Both the position numbers and the translations under genes were made by a program. From an uncultured Candidatus Saccharibacteria bacterium (GTDB lineage: Bacteria > Patescibacteriota > Minisyncoccia > Phycocordibacterales > DATDWN01), in contig CAZNUU010000003.1 in NCBI GenBank assembly GCA_964576615.1, positions 6,523-70,522 of the forward strand: a stretch of DNA of 64,000 nt, in the 5' to 3' direction. Below the pieces are notes generated by a model. That model was given only the letters and a program-made list of their open reading frames with translations, had not been told where the DNA came from and searched no databases. Positions 48,339 to 57,493 of the stretch are shown piece after piece (the stretch's first letter is position 1; the number at the start of each line of letters is the position of its first letter).

Positions 48339-49072
48339 TTAGAATACTCCTTTATTGTCTGTGCCTCCTCTTCTTCGGAAAATACTTTTTTATATTTTGC
48401 ACCAGATACACCATGAACTCTCACCTTGCATTCTTCCCAAGTTTTGTGAGTTTCTATCCTACCATTTACAACACTTACATAAGAGTATGGTTTTTTTGTT
48501 GTTTTTGATTTTTTACTTTTAGAATTTTGTATCTGGTCGACAGAAATTGAAACTTTGTAATCCGAAAGTTTGCCTTTATACAAGGTTGTTGGATTTTTGT
48601 CCGCAAAGGACGTGGCAATTTCGTCACATCTTTCGTTTGCGGCTGTACCTGAGTGCCCCTTTATTAATTTCCAATCAATTATTTTAAAATCCGTAAGCTT
48701 CACCAGTTTTTCCCAAAGATCTCTGTTTATGACATCCTCCTTTTTTGATGTTCGCCAATTATTTTTCTGCCAACCTTTGACCCAGCGAGTAATTCCATTA
48801 AGAACATAAGCCGAATCCGCATAAATTGTTATTTCCTCGCCATCTGAGACTTCCTGCAAAGCAGAAATAACAGCCATTAGTTCCATTCTATTATTCGTAG
48901 TATTATCTTCTCTACCTCCTAACTCTGTAACCCCGCCATCTTTTATTAAAATAGCTCCCCAACCTCCGGGACCAGGATTGGATCTCGCCGCTCCATCAGT
49001 AAAAATAGTTGTTGTCATTAATTTAAAGTATAACAAAAGCGGCGTCCACATTAGAGACGCCGCTTGACTCAT
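48335..49072 (-). CDS. rnhA: Ribonuclease HI with C-terminal hybrid-binding-like extension (likely start 49018, MTTTIFTDGAA)
   Basis: TDGAARSNPGPGG...ELMAVISAL RNase H fold. Confidence 0.8.
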   Translation of the reverse strand: MSQAASLMWTPLLLYFKLMTTTIFTDGAARSNPGPGGWGAILIKDGGVTELGGREDNTTNNRMELMAVISALQEVSDGEEITIYADSAYVLNGITRWVKGWQKNNWRTSKKEDVINRDLWEKLVKLTDFKIIDWKLIKGHSGTAANERCDEIATSFADKNPTTLYKGKLSDYKVSISVDQIQNSKSKKSKTTKKPYSYVSVVNGRIETHKTWEECKVRVHGVSGAKYKKVFSEEEEAQTIKEYSK

Positions 49073-49142
49073 GGTGACCTTTCCGCTCCGGTGAAGGAGC
49101 AGTTGCCATTACCAGCCGTCGAGGCAAGCCCCGAGCGCTATT

Positions 49143-49367
49143 TCATGCTTGTTTCTCCAATGCCCCGGCGATGAACAAAGCCAGAGCCATACCTGCAGCA
49201 ACTACCCCACCTACGGATACCCCAATCAAGATATCCGAGCTGTAGACGGGAATATCACCCTGGGGCGTATAGATTACGCCGTGAAATCCGTACTTGGTCG
49301 CCAGAGTTACGCAGACAGCGAGTGCAAGGGTAAACTCGACTATCAGAATATAAAAGAGTTTTCTCAC
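49143..49367 (-). CDS. Small membrane protein (GC-rich cassette, GTG start)
   Basis: TTGACC-N17-TATCCT, GGAGG 5 nt from GTG 49367; terminator AGCGGCGTC-tctaatgtg-GACGCCGCT plus T-run at ~49040-49075. Confidence 0.45.
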   Translation of the reverse strand: MRKLFYILIVEFTLALAVCVTLATKYGFHGVIYTPQGDIPVYSSDILIGVSVGGVVAAGMALALFIAGALEKQA

Positions 49368-49414
49368 TGAAACCTCCAGAGAGAGGATAACACATAAAAT
49401 GCTCCTGGTCAAAT

Positions 49415-51121
49415 TTAGTAAACATCAACTATTCTAAGTCTTATTTCGGGAGTATTTCTAAATGTAGACTTTTCCATAGTCGCAATCATGTTTATTTTAT
49501 TGCCTACCTCGAGAGAGACTCTAAATTTTTCTGCAGTTGTAAAAAAAGATATTGCAGTAACATCTTCGCCACGAGAATTTTTAAACTTAAGCTCTAGATG
49601 ATCCTTGGCCTTACCGAACATCTTTACGCCAGAAGTTTCAATATTCTCTAGTAGAAATAGTGGCTTTGGATTATCAAAACCAAACGGGGCAAACCTTTCT
49701 ACCTCATTCCAGGTTTTCTCATTTACATCATCCAGTGTAATTTTTTTATCAATAAAAATCACATCTTCTTTTTTTTCGTCTTTGACCAATTCCCTGAATG
49801 CTTTGTTTAACCTATCTTCCAATTCGTGAATATTTTCCTGCTTCATAGAAAAACCTCCTGCGCCTTTATGCCCACCATACTCCACAAAAAGATCTTTGAC
49901 CTTATCCATAATACTCACTACATCTACTACTCCATCACCTCGACAGGATCCTTTTATAAGTCCGTCCTCATCTCCATTTCTCCCCCAAAAAAATACTGGC
50001 CTGGCATGTTCTTCCGAAAAACTGCTCGCTACCAGACCCAAAAGAGATGGCTTCCAAGCTGGATCACCGAAAACCAGAACATCTTTCATATCCTCCTTAT
50101 TTTTTATTTTTTGTTTTATTTCTCTCACCATACTACCAACTAAGCCTTTCCTCTCTTCGTTCTTATTATTCAAATGAATTGCCATCTCACCTGCCTCTAC
50201 TTCATTCGTTGTAGATAATAGGAGAAAGGCATCGTGAGGTACACCCATTCGCGAGGCCGCATTTATTCTAGGAGTTACCATAAACGTTAGATCATCTTCT
50301 GTGAGAGTTTGTTGATTAATATTTAAAAGTGAAAATAATTTCATAAGCCCAACTCTGGGAGTTTTCTGCAAAACTTTCATACCAAAATAAGAAAGTATTC
50401 TGTTCTCACCAAGTAAGGGAACCATATCCGAAAGAGTAGCTAAGCCTACCATGTCTAGTAACCATTTTTCCTGGCCTTTGGGGAAACTGACTCCCCCAGA
50501 ATTTATGAGAGCCACTATAAGCCTGAAAATTACCCCCGAACCACACAGCATTTTCTCGGGATATTTATCACCTTTTTGCTTGGGGTTAATAATTGCGTAA
50601 GCTTTCGGTAATTTTTCTAGAGGAGTGTGGTGATCGGTTATGATTGTCTCCATATCGAGTTCATTTGCGAGGTCCACCTGATCTACATCGGTTATACCAC
50701 AATCAATAGTTACGATAAGTTTTACACCTTCTTTAGCAATTTTTTCAATTGCTTCTTTGTTTAAACCAAAACCTTCTTCGTTTCGCAGTGGAATATAGTT
50801 AATAAAATTTTTGAAACCTATTTTTTTAAAAAAATCATGCAGAATTACTGCTCCTGGAATACCATCCGCATCATAGTCTGAAAAAATTGCAACTTTTTCT
50901 TTTTTCTTGATTGCTTTGAGAATTCTTTTTACTGCCTTATCCATATCCTTGAGTAAATATGGATCTGCTAAATTTTCGTACTTAGGATTTAGAAACTCTT
51001 CCGCAGAATTTTGGTCCTCAATACCACGAAAATACAATAATTCTTGGGTGAAGGGAGAATAGACTTCTAGTTTTTCCTGGATTGCTCTCGGGATTGGCTC
51101 TCTTACGGAGTAATTTTTCAT
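49415..51121 (-). CDS. recJ: Single-stranded-DNA-specific exonuclease RecJ
   Basis: DHH and DHHA1 motifs (FSDYDADG, DHH). Confidence 0.85.
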   Translation of the reverse strand: MKNYSVREPIPRAIQEKLEVYSPFTQELLYFRGIEDQNSAEEFLNPKYENLADPYLLKDMDKAVKRILKAIKKKEKVAIFSDYDADGIPGAVILHDFFKKIGFKNFINYIPLRNEEGFGLNKEAIEKIAKEGVKLIVTIDCGITDVDQVDLANELDMETIITDHHTPLEKLPKAYAIINPKQKGDKYPEKMLCGSGVIFRLIVALINSGGVSFPKGQEKWLLDMVGLATLSDMVPLLGENRILSYFGMKVLQKTPRVGLMKLFSLLNINQQTLTEDDLTFMVTPRINAASRMGVPHDAFLLLSTTNEVEAGEMAIHLNNKNEERKGLVGSMVREIKQKIKNKEDMKDVLVFGDPAWKPSLLGLVASSFSEEHARPVFFWGRNGDEDGLIKGSCRGDGVVDVVSIMDKVKDLFVEYGGHKGAGGFSMKQENIHELEDRLNKAFRELVKDEKKEDVIFIDKKITLDDVNEKTWNEVERFAPFGFDNPKPLFLLENIETSGVKMFGKAKDHLELKFKNSRGEDVTAISFFTTAEKFRVSLEVGNKINMIATMEKSTFRNTPEIRLRIVDVY

Positions 51122-51161
51122 CCCATCAGTTTAGCACGATAAAACATGCTACTATATTGTC

Positions 51162-51494
51162 ATGGATAATTGTATATTTTGTAAAATTGTAAGAGATGAA
51201 ATCCCCTCTGAGAAAGTCCACCACGAATCAGGTGAGATTGTGAGTTTTCTAGATATCCATCCAGTTGCCCCAGGACATACTTTAGTTGTACCGATGGAAC
51301 ATCACCAGTGGTTTCAAGATCTACCCGATGAACTTTTTGATAAACTTTTTCGAACAGCCAAGAAACTGTCATCGGAGCTAAAGGAAAAATACAAAGCTGA
51401 CTACATAAGGTTATCTGTTGTTGGCAAAGACGTACCCCATGTCCACATTCATCTCATACCCCAAAATCTTAAAGATGATGTCCCTACTTCTTAA
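51162..51494 (+). CDS. HIT-family (histidine triad) hydrolase
   Basis: CIFCKI...HVHIHLIP. Confidence 0.85.
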   Translation: MDNCIFCKIVRDEIPSEKVHHESGEIVSFLDIHPVAPGHTLVVPMEHHQWFQDLPDELFDKLFRTAKKLSSELKEKYKADYIRLSVVGKDVPHVHIHLIPQNLKDDVPTS

Positions 51495-52629
51495 GAGCCT
51501 CAATCCCAACCAGAGTTTCATCAACGAGAAAATCTATCATTGCTCCACCGCCAGTTGAGACGAAGCTAAAGTTGTGATCAATTCCAAGATTTTGGATGGC
51601 AGCAACTGTGTCTCCCCCGCCGATAATACTCATAAACCCTCCGTGCAAAGTTTTCTCGGATATCATTTTGGCTAAACTTTCTGTTTTTTGCTCAAAACCA
51701 GCTTCGTAGTTTCCTAAAGGACCATTCCACACTACAGATCTCGCGTTTTTGAGGAGTAAATCAAGTTGGTTAATTGTTTGATCACCCACATCTGAGATGT
51801 ACTCATCTTTCTCTACTTCATTTGCTGCCTTGGAGACCGACTGTCCGTCCTTGGTAGCAGTAACATCAGCTGGAATAGAGAGCTTTGGACTTGAAAGAAT
51901 ATCTTTTAGATCAATTTCTTCTTTTGAAACAAGAGATGTCCCAACTTCATAGCCTTTTTCCTTAAACAAATCATTAGCTAAAGCTCCTCCCACAAAAACA
52001 TTATCTGCAACTTGCAAATATTTTCGAATTAAGGGAAGTTTTGTTTCAAACTTTGCTCCACCTAGGATAAAGACAAACGGATGGTCAGGATTAAAAATTT
52101 TAGATAAGTGCTCTATCTCCTGCCTCATCTGTAATCCTGCGTAATGGGGCAAAAACTCTGGTACCCCAACAATTGAGGCGTGGCTTCTGTGAGAGACCGA
52201 GAAAGCATCGTTTACATAAAGGTCTGCCATTTGAGCTAGCTTTTTTGCGAATTCGGGATCATTTTTAACTTCGCCAGGATCATTACGTACATTTTCAAAA
52301 AGAAGTACATCTTTGCTTTTCATTTTCAAGATTTTATCTACTGCCTCGGCAGTAAAAAAACTTTTTGAGAATTCTACCTTAAAATAACCATTTAAATAAT
52401 CTAAAACCGGTAACAGAGTTGTTGGATTACCTTCCTTATCCTCAATATGAGAGAGAATTATTATTTGGGCTTCTTTTTCTCGCAGGAAATCGACTGTACC
52501 TATAACCTTTTCAATACGATATGTATCGGAAACTTGGCCATCGACAATCGGCACATTTAAATCGAGAAGTAAAAGAACTCTTTTGCCCTTGAGATCATCT
52601 TTTTCTAACTCATCTAAATATTTGAGCAT
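51484..52629 (-). CDS. pgk: Phosphoglycerate kinase
   Basis: PGK family N- and C-domain motifs. Confidence 0.85.
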   Translation of the reverse strand: MLKYLDELEKDDLKGKRVLLLLDLNVPIVDGQVSDTYRIEKVIGTVDFLREKEAQIIILSHIEDKEGNPTTLLPVLDYLNGYFKVEFSKSFFTAEAVDKILKMKSKDVLLFENVRNDPGEVKNDPEFAKKLAQMADLYVNDAFSVSHRSHASIVGVPEFLPHYAGLQMRQEIEHLSKIFNPDHPFVFILGGAKFETKLPLIRKYLQVADNVFVGGALANDLFKEKGYEVGTSLVSKEEIDLKDILSSPKLSIPADVTATKDGQSVSKAANEVEKDEYISDVGDQTINQLDLLLKNARSVVWNGPLGNYEAGFEQKTESLAKMISEKTLHGGFMSIIGGGDTVAAIQNLGIDHNFSFVSTGGGAMIDFLVDETLVGIEALKK

Positions 52630-52637
52630 ATGAGAAT

Positions 52638-53396
52638 TTAAACCGAATCAACAAGTTTCAAGATTTCAATGAAGTCCTTGGAACGCAGAGACTCCCTCCC
52701 CACCAGAAGTCCTGAAACATTGCCGTCTCGAACCAAGGAGTCTGCATTTACTCGATCTGCAGTACCACCGTAGAGAATTCTGATGTAATCTGCTGAGATC
52801 CCATACATATCTTTCAATACTTTTCTAATAAAAATCGACATCTCGTGCAAATCTCTCGGATGCATTGCCTCTTTTGCACCTATTGCCCAAATTGGTTCAT
52901 AGGCGATAACAACATTGTCAGCTGACTTTTTTGAAACATCTCTAAGACCGGTTTGAATTTGCTGTTTTATGAGATTATAAAACTCTCCGTTTTGATCCCG
53001 GCTTGATTCACCTACACAAAGAATTGCTGTCATATTTGCATTCACCACGGATTTTACTTTTTTATTTATTACTTCGTCTGTTTCTCCCATCTTTCTTCTC
53101 TCCGAGTGGCCCAAAATAACATAATCCACCCCAAACTGTGGCAACTCCGAAAAACTGATTTCCCCCGTGAAGGCTCCGAGATACTCATGATGCGCATTTT
53201 GTGCCCCCAAGTAGAGTGGTTTGTTAACTAATTTTGCCAAGGGTAATAAATAAACAAATGGTGGACAGATACAGACGTTAGTTTTTCTTAAGTTCCTAGC
53301 TGTTCTTTTAACATCTTTAACCAAATCCTTAGCTTCATTTAAAGAGGGCGGATTCATCTTCCAGTTGGCAACTACCAGCTTTTTCTGTTTTTTCAT
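52638..53396 (-). CDS. tpiA: Triosephosphate isomerase
   Basis: VVANWKMN and TIM-barrel motifs. Confidence 0.88.
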   Translation of the reverse strand: MKKQKKLVVANWKMNPPSLNEAKDLVKDVKRTARNLRKTNVCICPPFVYLLPLAKLVNKPLYLGAQNAHHEYLGAFTGEISFSELPQFGVDYVILGHSERRKMGETDEVINKKVKSVVNANMTAILCVGESSRDQNGEFYNLIKQQIQTGLRDVSKKSADNVVIAYEPIWAIGAKEAMHPRDLHEMSIFIRKVLKDMYGISADYIRILYGGTADRVNADSLVRDGNVSGLLVGRESLRSKDFIEILKLVDSV

Positions 53397-53550
53397 AGCT
53401 ATATTTTAACATAAACAAGAGTTCTGAATCTTGTTGAGTCATGTTTCGAAAAAAGCCTTGGGAGCGCGACTGGCGCGAGCACGAGGAATTTTCTAGCAAG
53501 AAAATATCCGAGCTTTTTAAGGAATATGACGAGTAACAAATTTGGAACTT

Positions 53551-54840
53551 TTACTGTATTTCCTGATAGGAAGATATGTCATACCCCCCACTAGGTCCGC
53601 TCTCAAATAAAACGGATGGAAGCCCTGTGTCATAAGTAACATTTGCTGAGTTTTGCAAAATTATTTTATAAGCAGTCACTTCTTTAATACTGACAGATTG
53701 TTGGAGCGTTATCTGACCATGACTTGCGTAGGCAACGAGCGCGGATGCACCCTGTCCCATGGAAATGGCATTGGTAGATCCACCAGTTTCCGAACTATTA
53801 TTTTGGGAAATCATGAAAACATATGAGCCTGTAGAACCCGAACCTTGAAAGACGGTGTTTTGACCAATAGTAATTATTCCACTTCCTGTGGAATTCGAAG
53901 AATTATCAGCAATTATTGCCACATTACTTGAACCAAGAGATGAGGCCATTTTAATAGTCGGACTTACTTGGGTATCGATGTTCCCCGTTGCCCAAATCGG
54001 CCCAGTTACCGTAACCGTTATACCAGAACCCTTGATAAGCAGATCACATGGAATTTTTTTAGGGCCAATAGTAGTGTCACTAGAAATTGTATACTTGCCG
54101 CCTGTACAGGTTACTGATCCTCCAGAAGCAGCATCAGATTCCCACTCACTTATTTGAGAATCAGGAATTGGCAGAGCAACATCACCTTGGTCCGGCGCTC
54201 CAGGATGGCTAGTACCACCAACAGTAGTACTTGTAATTGTTGTGTAATACGCGTCCTTGTCAACAGTCGAATTCTGAATAGTGTGGGCAAAAGCTGTACC
54301 AGTTGCATGAATACCATTTATTAATCCACTCGAACCAGAGGAAACAACATCACCTGCGACAACATTATTGCCAGTACCTGTAACAGAACCGGCGGAATGA
54401 ACATTTCCAGTTATTGATGAGCTGTTTTGAAGATCGAACCCACCTCGACCAGATTGAACTCCATAGTGAAACGAAATTCCTGTTCCCAGAATAATATCCA
54501 TTTTCATTTTACGAGCATTACTAGAAGTCGTAGCCAGAGAAATGATATCTTTTCCTCCGGTGATATCAGATGTAAGGGTAGTTGTTGTACTGTTGTTGAG
54601 ACTTAAATCCTCACGCGTAGAATATACTTTACTGTTTTTTACTCTGTAATAGATATCTTCTAGACCACTTTGTGCGGTATAAAAGCTCTGATAGGAGCGA
54701 ACTAGATTTTTTGAGATTGCTGCTTCTTTTAGAATTGGATTTATGATGCCAAAAACGATAACAATAGAAGCAAACATGAAAAAGATAACCATAGTGAGCA
54801 TGGCTTGACCGGATTTAAAATTTTTTAGATCTTTTTTCAT
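53551..54840 (-). CDS. Large pilin-like (minor pilin/tip) protein with prepilin-type N-terminus, Thr/Ser-rich
   Basis: N-terminal KSGQAMLTMVIFF hydrophobic helix; last gene of pilus cluster. Confidence 0.5.
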   Translation of the reverse strand: MKKDLKNFKSGQAMLTMVIFFMFASIVIVFGIINPILKEAAISKNLVRSYQSFYTAQSGLEDIYYRVKNSKVYSTREDLSLNNSTTTTLTSDITGGKDIISLATTSSNARKMKMDIILGTGISFHYGVQSGRGGFDLQNSSSITGNVHSAGSVTGTGNNVVAGDVVSSGSSGLINGIHATGTAFAHTIQNSTVDKDAYYTTITSTTVGGTSHPGAPDQGDVALPIPDSQISEWESDAASGGSVTCTGGKYTISSDTTIGPKKIPCDLLIKGSGITVTVTGPIWATGNIDTQVSPTIKMASSLGSSNVAIIADNSSNSTGSGIITIGQNTVFQGSGSTGSYVFMISQNNSSETGGSTNAISMGQGASALVAYASHGQITLQQSVSIKEVTAYKIILQNSANVTYDTGLPSVLFESGPSGGYDISSYQEIQ

Positions 54841-54841
54841 A

Positions 54842-55354
54842 TTATTTTCCTCGTACTACCACCGTGGTGTGATAATTTTTTACCTTGGTGGTTGTGCCAA
54901 CTGTTCCCGTGATGGTCAGATCTATTTTAACCGCAGTAGTAGTGCCATTATCCAGATATCTAAAGATTAAACTTGAGACATTGGTATTGGATAGTGTAAG
55001 TGGACCATAGTATGCCCCATTTACATCTACTTTGAGAATGCCGCCTTGAACATAAAACTTCGTGGTAGTAGAAAGAACACCGTTTAAGTTACTCTGAACT
55101 GTAAGAACTCCCGGGCTTGTACCAAAAGTACTGTTCACCGTATCAACATCTGCAGCACCACGAATATCTCTAGTCATTCTTTCCATAGAATCAATCCCTG
55201 ACTGCTCCGTAATACGCAATGCGGTAACAGTGCGATAAGAATTGGTGAAAGACAGCAGCATACTGATAACAACAAACGAGACAAAAGATAAAATAGCGAT
55301 GTAAATAACCATCTCAACTAAGGAATATCCAGATTTTTTTCTAAATTTGTACAT
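54842..55354 (-). CDS. Type IV pilin / pseudopilin
   Basis: Prepilin motif KSGYSLVEMVI. Confidence 0.65.
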   Translation of the reverse strand: MYKFRKKSGYSLVEMVIYIAILSFVSFVVISMLLSFTNSYRTVTALRITEQSGIDSMERMTRDIRGAADVDTVNSTFGTSPGVLTVQSNLNGVLSTTTKFYVQGGILKVDVNGAYYGPLTLSNTNVSSLIFRYLDNGTTTAVKIDLTITGTVGTTTKVKNYHTTVVVRGK

Positions 55355-55355
55355 C

Positions 55356-55817
55356 TTAGATATTGGTTATATAAGCAGAAATGGTTTTGGTGGTTGTAGA
55401 GTGACCTTGAAAATAATCAACGTTCACTGTAATCAGTTTCGTGTACGGGTCATAGGTACCGGATGAGGCAATGCGATCGTTTAGATCTCTTTTCACATCG
55501 GTAACAGTAAAACTTCGCAAAAAAACACCATCTACGTATGTTGGTGTCGTAGTGGTTGCCCAGTCCGTACTAAAAGTTAAATAATATGTCGTGGTTGTTG
55601 AAAGCTTTGCTATATTATTCCAGCCTTTGTCTCTAATAAGCGAAACAACTTCCTGTCCCTCAGCTAAAAGATTGGCTGCCTCGACATTTTTTTGGTTGGC
55701 CAAGGCATATTGCATATAAGTATTAAAAGAAACATTAATAGCCAAGATACCCACAGTCATTATGGCTGCTCCAATGACTATCTCGACTAAAGCTACACCT
55801 CTTTTAAATCGAATCAT
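55356..55817 (-). CDS. Type IV pilin / pseudopilin
   Basis: Prepilin motif KRGVALVEIVI. Confidence 0.65.
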   Translation of the reverse strand: MIRFKRGVALVEIVIGAAIMTVGILAINVSFNTYMQYALANQKNVEAANLLAEGQEVVSLIRDKGWNNIAKLSTTTTYYLTFSTDWATTTTPTYVDGVFLRSFTVTDVKRDLNDRIASSGTYDPYTKLITVNVDYFQGHSTTTKTISAYITNI

Positions 55818-56275
55818 TGTGATTCAATAACTCCTGTCTTATATATTGTAACAGTTTTACTCTGGGATATCCCGGGTGATGAAACCACCACCGTACCGTT
55901 CTGGCTGGTTTCCCCAGTCAAACGGTTGAAAATAACATCGCTCCCCCCGCCAGATAAGCTGATGGTTAGTATGGTGTCAGTTGTGTTTAGGGGATAAACC
56001 ACATTAGTGGAATTTCCCGCGCTGTATGTGCCTCCCGTAAAAAAAGTAACCTTGTCTGAAGCAATGTGTACGCCATAATTTGTCGAATCTTTAGAAGAAA
56101 GAGTGAGACTTCTTGCTTCATTTAGAACTTCAACAATTATTTCAGTATCCTTAACCAAGGCTTGATTTTTTCTGACATGGATGAAGATGTTCAAAACAAT
56201 TACGACTATCAAAGCTATTATGCTCAGGACAACCAGAAGTTCTATCGCATTAAATCCTTGTTTGTTTTTTTTCAT
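55814..56275 (-). CDS. Type IV pilin (major pilin candidate)
   Basis: Prepilin motif KQGFNAIELLVV. Confidence 0.7.
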   Translation of the reverse strand: MKKNKQGFNAIELLVVLSIIALIVVIVLNIFIHVRKNQALVKDTEIIVEVLNEARSLTLSSKDSTNYGVHIASDKVTFFTGGTYSAGNSTNVVYPLNTTDTILTISLSGGGSDVIFNRLTGETSQNGTVVVSSPGISQSKTVTIYKTGVIESQ

Positions 56276-57492
56276 TAGCTAATTTTATCGCCTATTGAAT
56301 AAATTGGAGATATGACCGAGATTGCAAAGAACCCTACTGCAAGACCTATGAAGATCATAAGAAAAGGTTCTATTACCGAAGACAGATCCTTGGTCTTCTG
56401 ATCAATTTCATCCTCATAAAAAGTGGCAACTGAAAGTAACATTTCGCCAATTTTTCCTGTTTCCTCACCCACCGAAGCCATCTCGGAGACAAAAACTGGA
56501 TAAAGTGCCTGATGATTTGAAAAAATAGCTGACATTGCTCCACCTTTTTGAATACTTTTTTCCACTTCACCTAGGATCTCCTTATAATATGAATTTTGAA
56601 TAACATCTTTGGTTACCGAAATTGCAACCACAATATCAACTCCTGCGGAAAGGAGGGAGGAGAGTGTCCTAGCAGTTCTGGCAGAATTAATTTGCTTAAC
56701 CATTTCTTTTAGAATTGGCGTTCGTAGAAGCACATAATCTATTACCCTCTGGCCAATCCTAGATTTAATTGCAAAAATAAATAATGCAATTAGACCAGCA
56801 GTACCAATAATGACAAAAGGAAAGTAATTTAGAAGAAAATTGCTTAAACCAATAATAATTCTGGTGGAAAGGGGCAAGGCTATACCAAGACCGTTAAAGG
56901 TTGTGGTTAAGGTAGGTACCATATATATCATCATAACCACACCGATTGCTAGCATCAGGCTCAAAATAACTGCGGGATAAATTAACGCTCCCCTTATTTT
57001 TCGATTAAGCTGGTAAGATTTTTCAATTTGCATGGCCACATTTTCAAGTGCAGTGGAAAGATTGCCTGATTCTTCACCTGCCTTTACCATGGAGACAAAA
57101 AGTGGCGAGAAAACTCTGGGAAAATTCTTCATTGCTTCACTTAAGTTGTTGCCTTTCGAAATCGAATCATTCAAAAGCCCCAGAATTTTTTTGAGTTGCC
57201 CGGTGGATTCCTTTTGCATGATAGTTAGACCTCGGGTAAGTGGAAGCCCCGCATCCAGCATCTTACCTAGATTTCTAGCAAAGATAATTTTGCTGTGAGT
57301 TGAGACACTATTTACAAAAGGCAAACTAGTTATAAAAGGTATGCCTTTTTTGTCCTTGATTTCTTCCGCAAAAACTACTGTGCTGCCGTCCTGTTTAACC
57401 TCATGAAAAAGTGCAAATTTATCCTTAGCTTCGAGTATGCCATTTACTCTCTTGCCCTCCTTATTCATTACTTCATATCTAAATAGCGGCAT
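56275..57492 (-). CDS. pilC: Type IV pilus assembly platform protein PilC/GspF
   Basis: T2SS-F family, two repeats, 3 TM. Confidence 0.85.
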   Translation of the reverse strand: MPLFRYEVMNKEGKRVNGILEAKDKFALFHEVKQDGSTVVFAEEIKDKKGIPFITSLPFVNSVSTHSKIIFARNLGKMLDAGLPLTRGLTIMQKESTGQLKKILGLLNDSISKGNNLSEAMKNFPRVFSPLFVSMVKAGEESGNLSTALENVAMQIEKSYQLNRKIRGALIYPAVILSLMLAIGVVMMIYMVPTLTTTFNGLGIALPLSTRIIIGLSNFLLNYFPFVIIGTAGLIALFIFAIKSRIGQRVIDYVLLRTPILKEMVKQINSARTARTLSSLLSAGVDIVVAISVTKDVIQNSYYKEILGEVEKSIQKGGAMSAIFSNHQALYPVFVSEMASVGEETGKIGEMLLSVATFYEDEIDQKTKDLSSVIEPFLMIFIGLAVGFFAISVISPIYSIGDKIS

Positions 57493-57493
57493 A

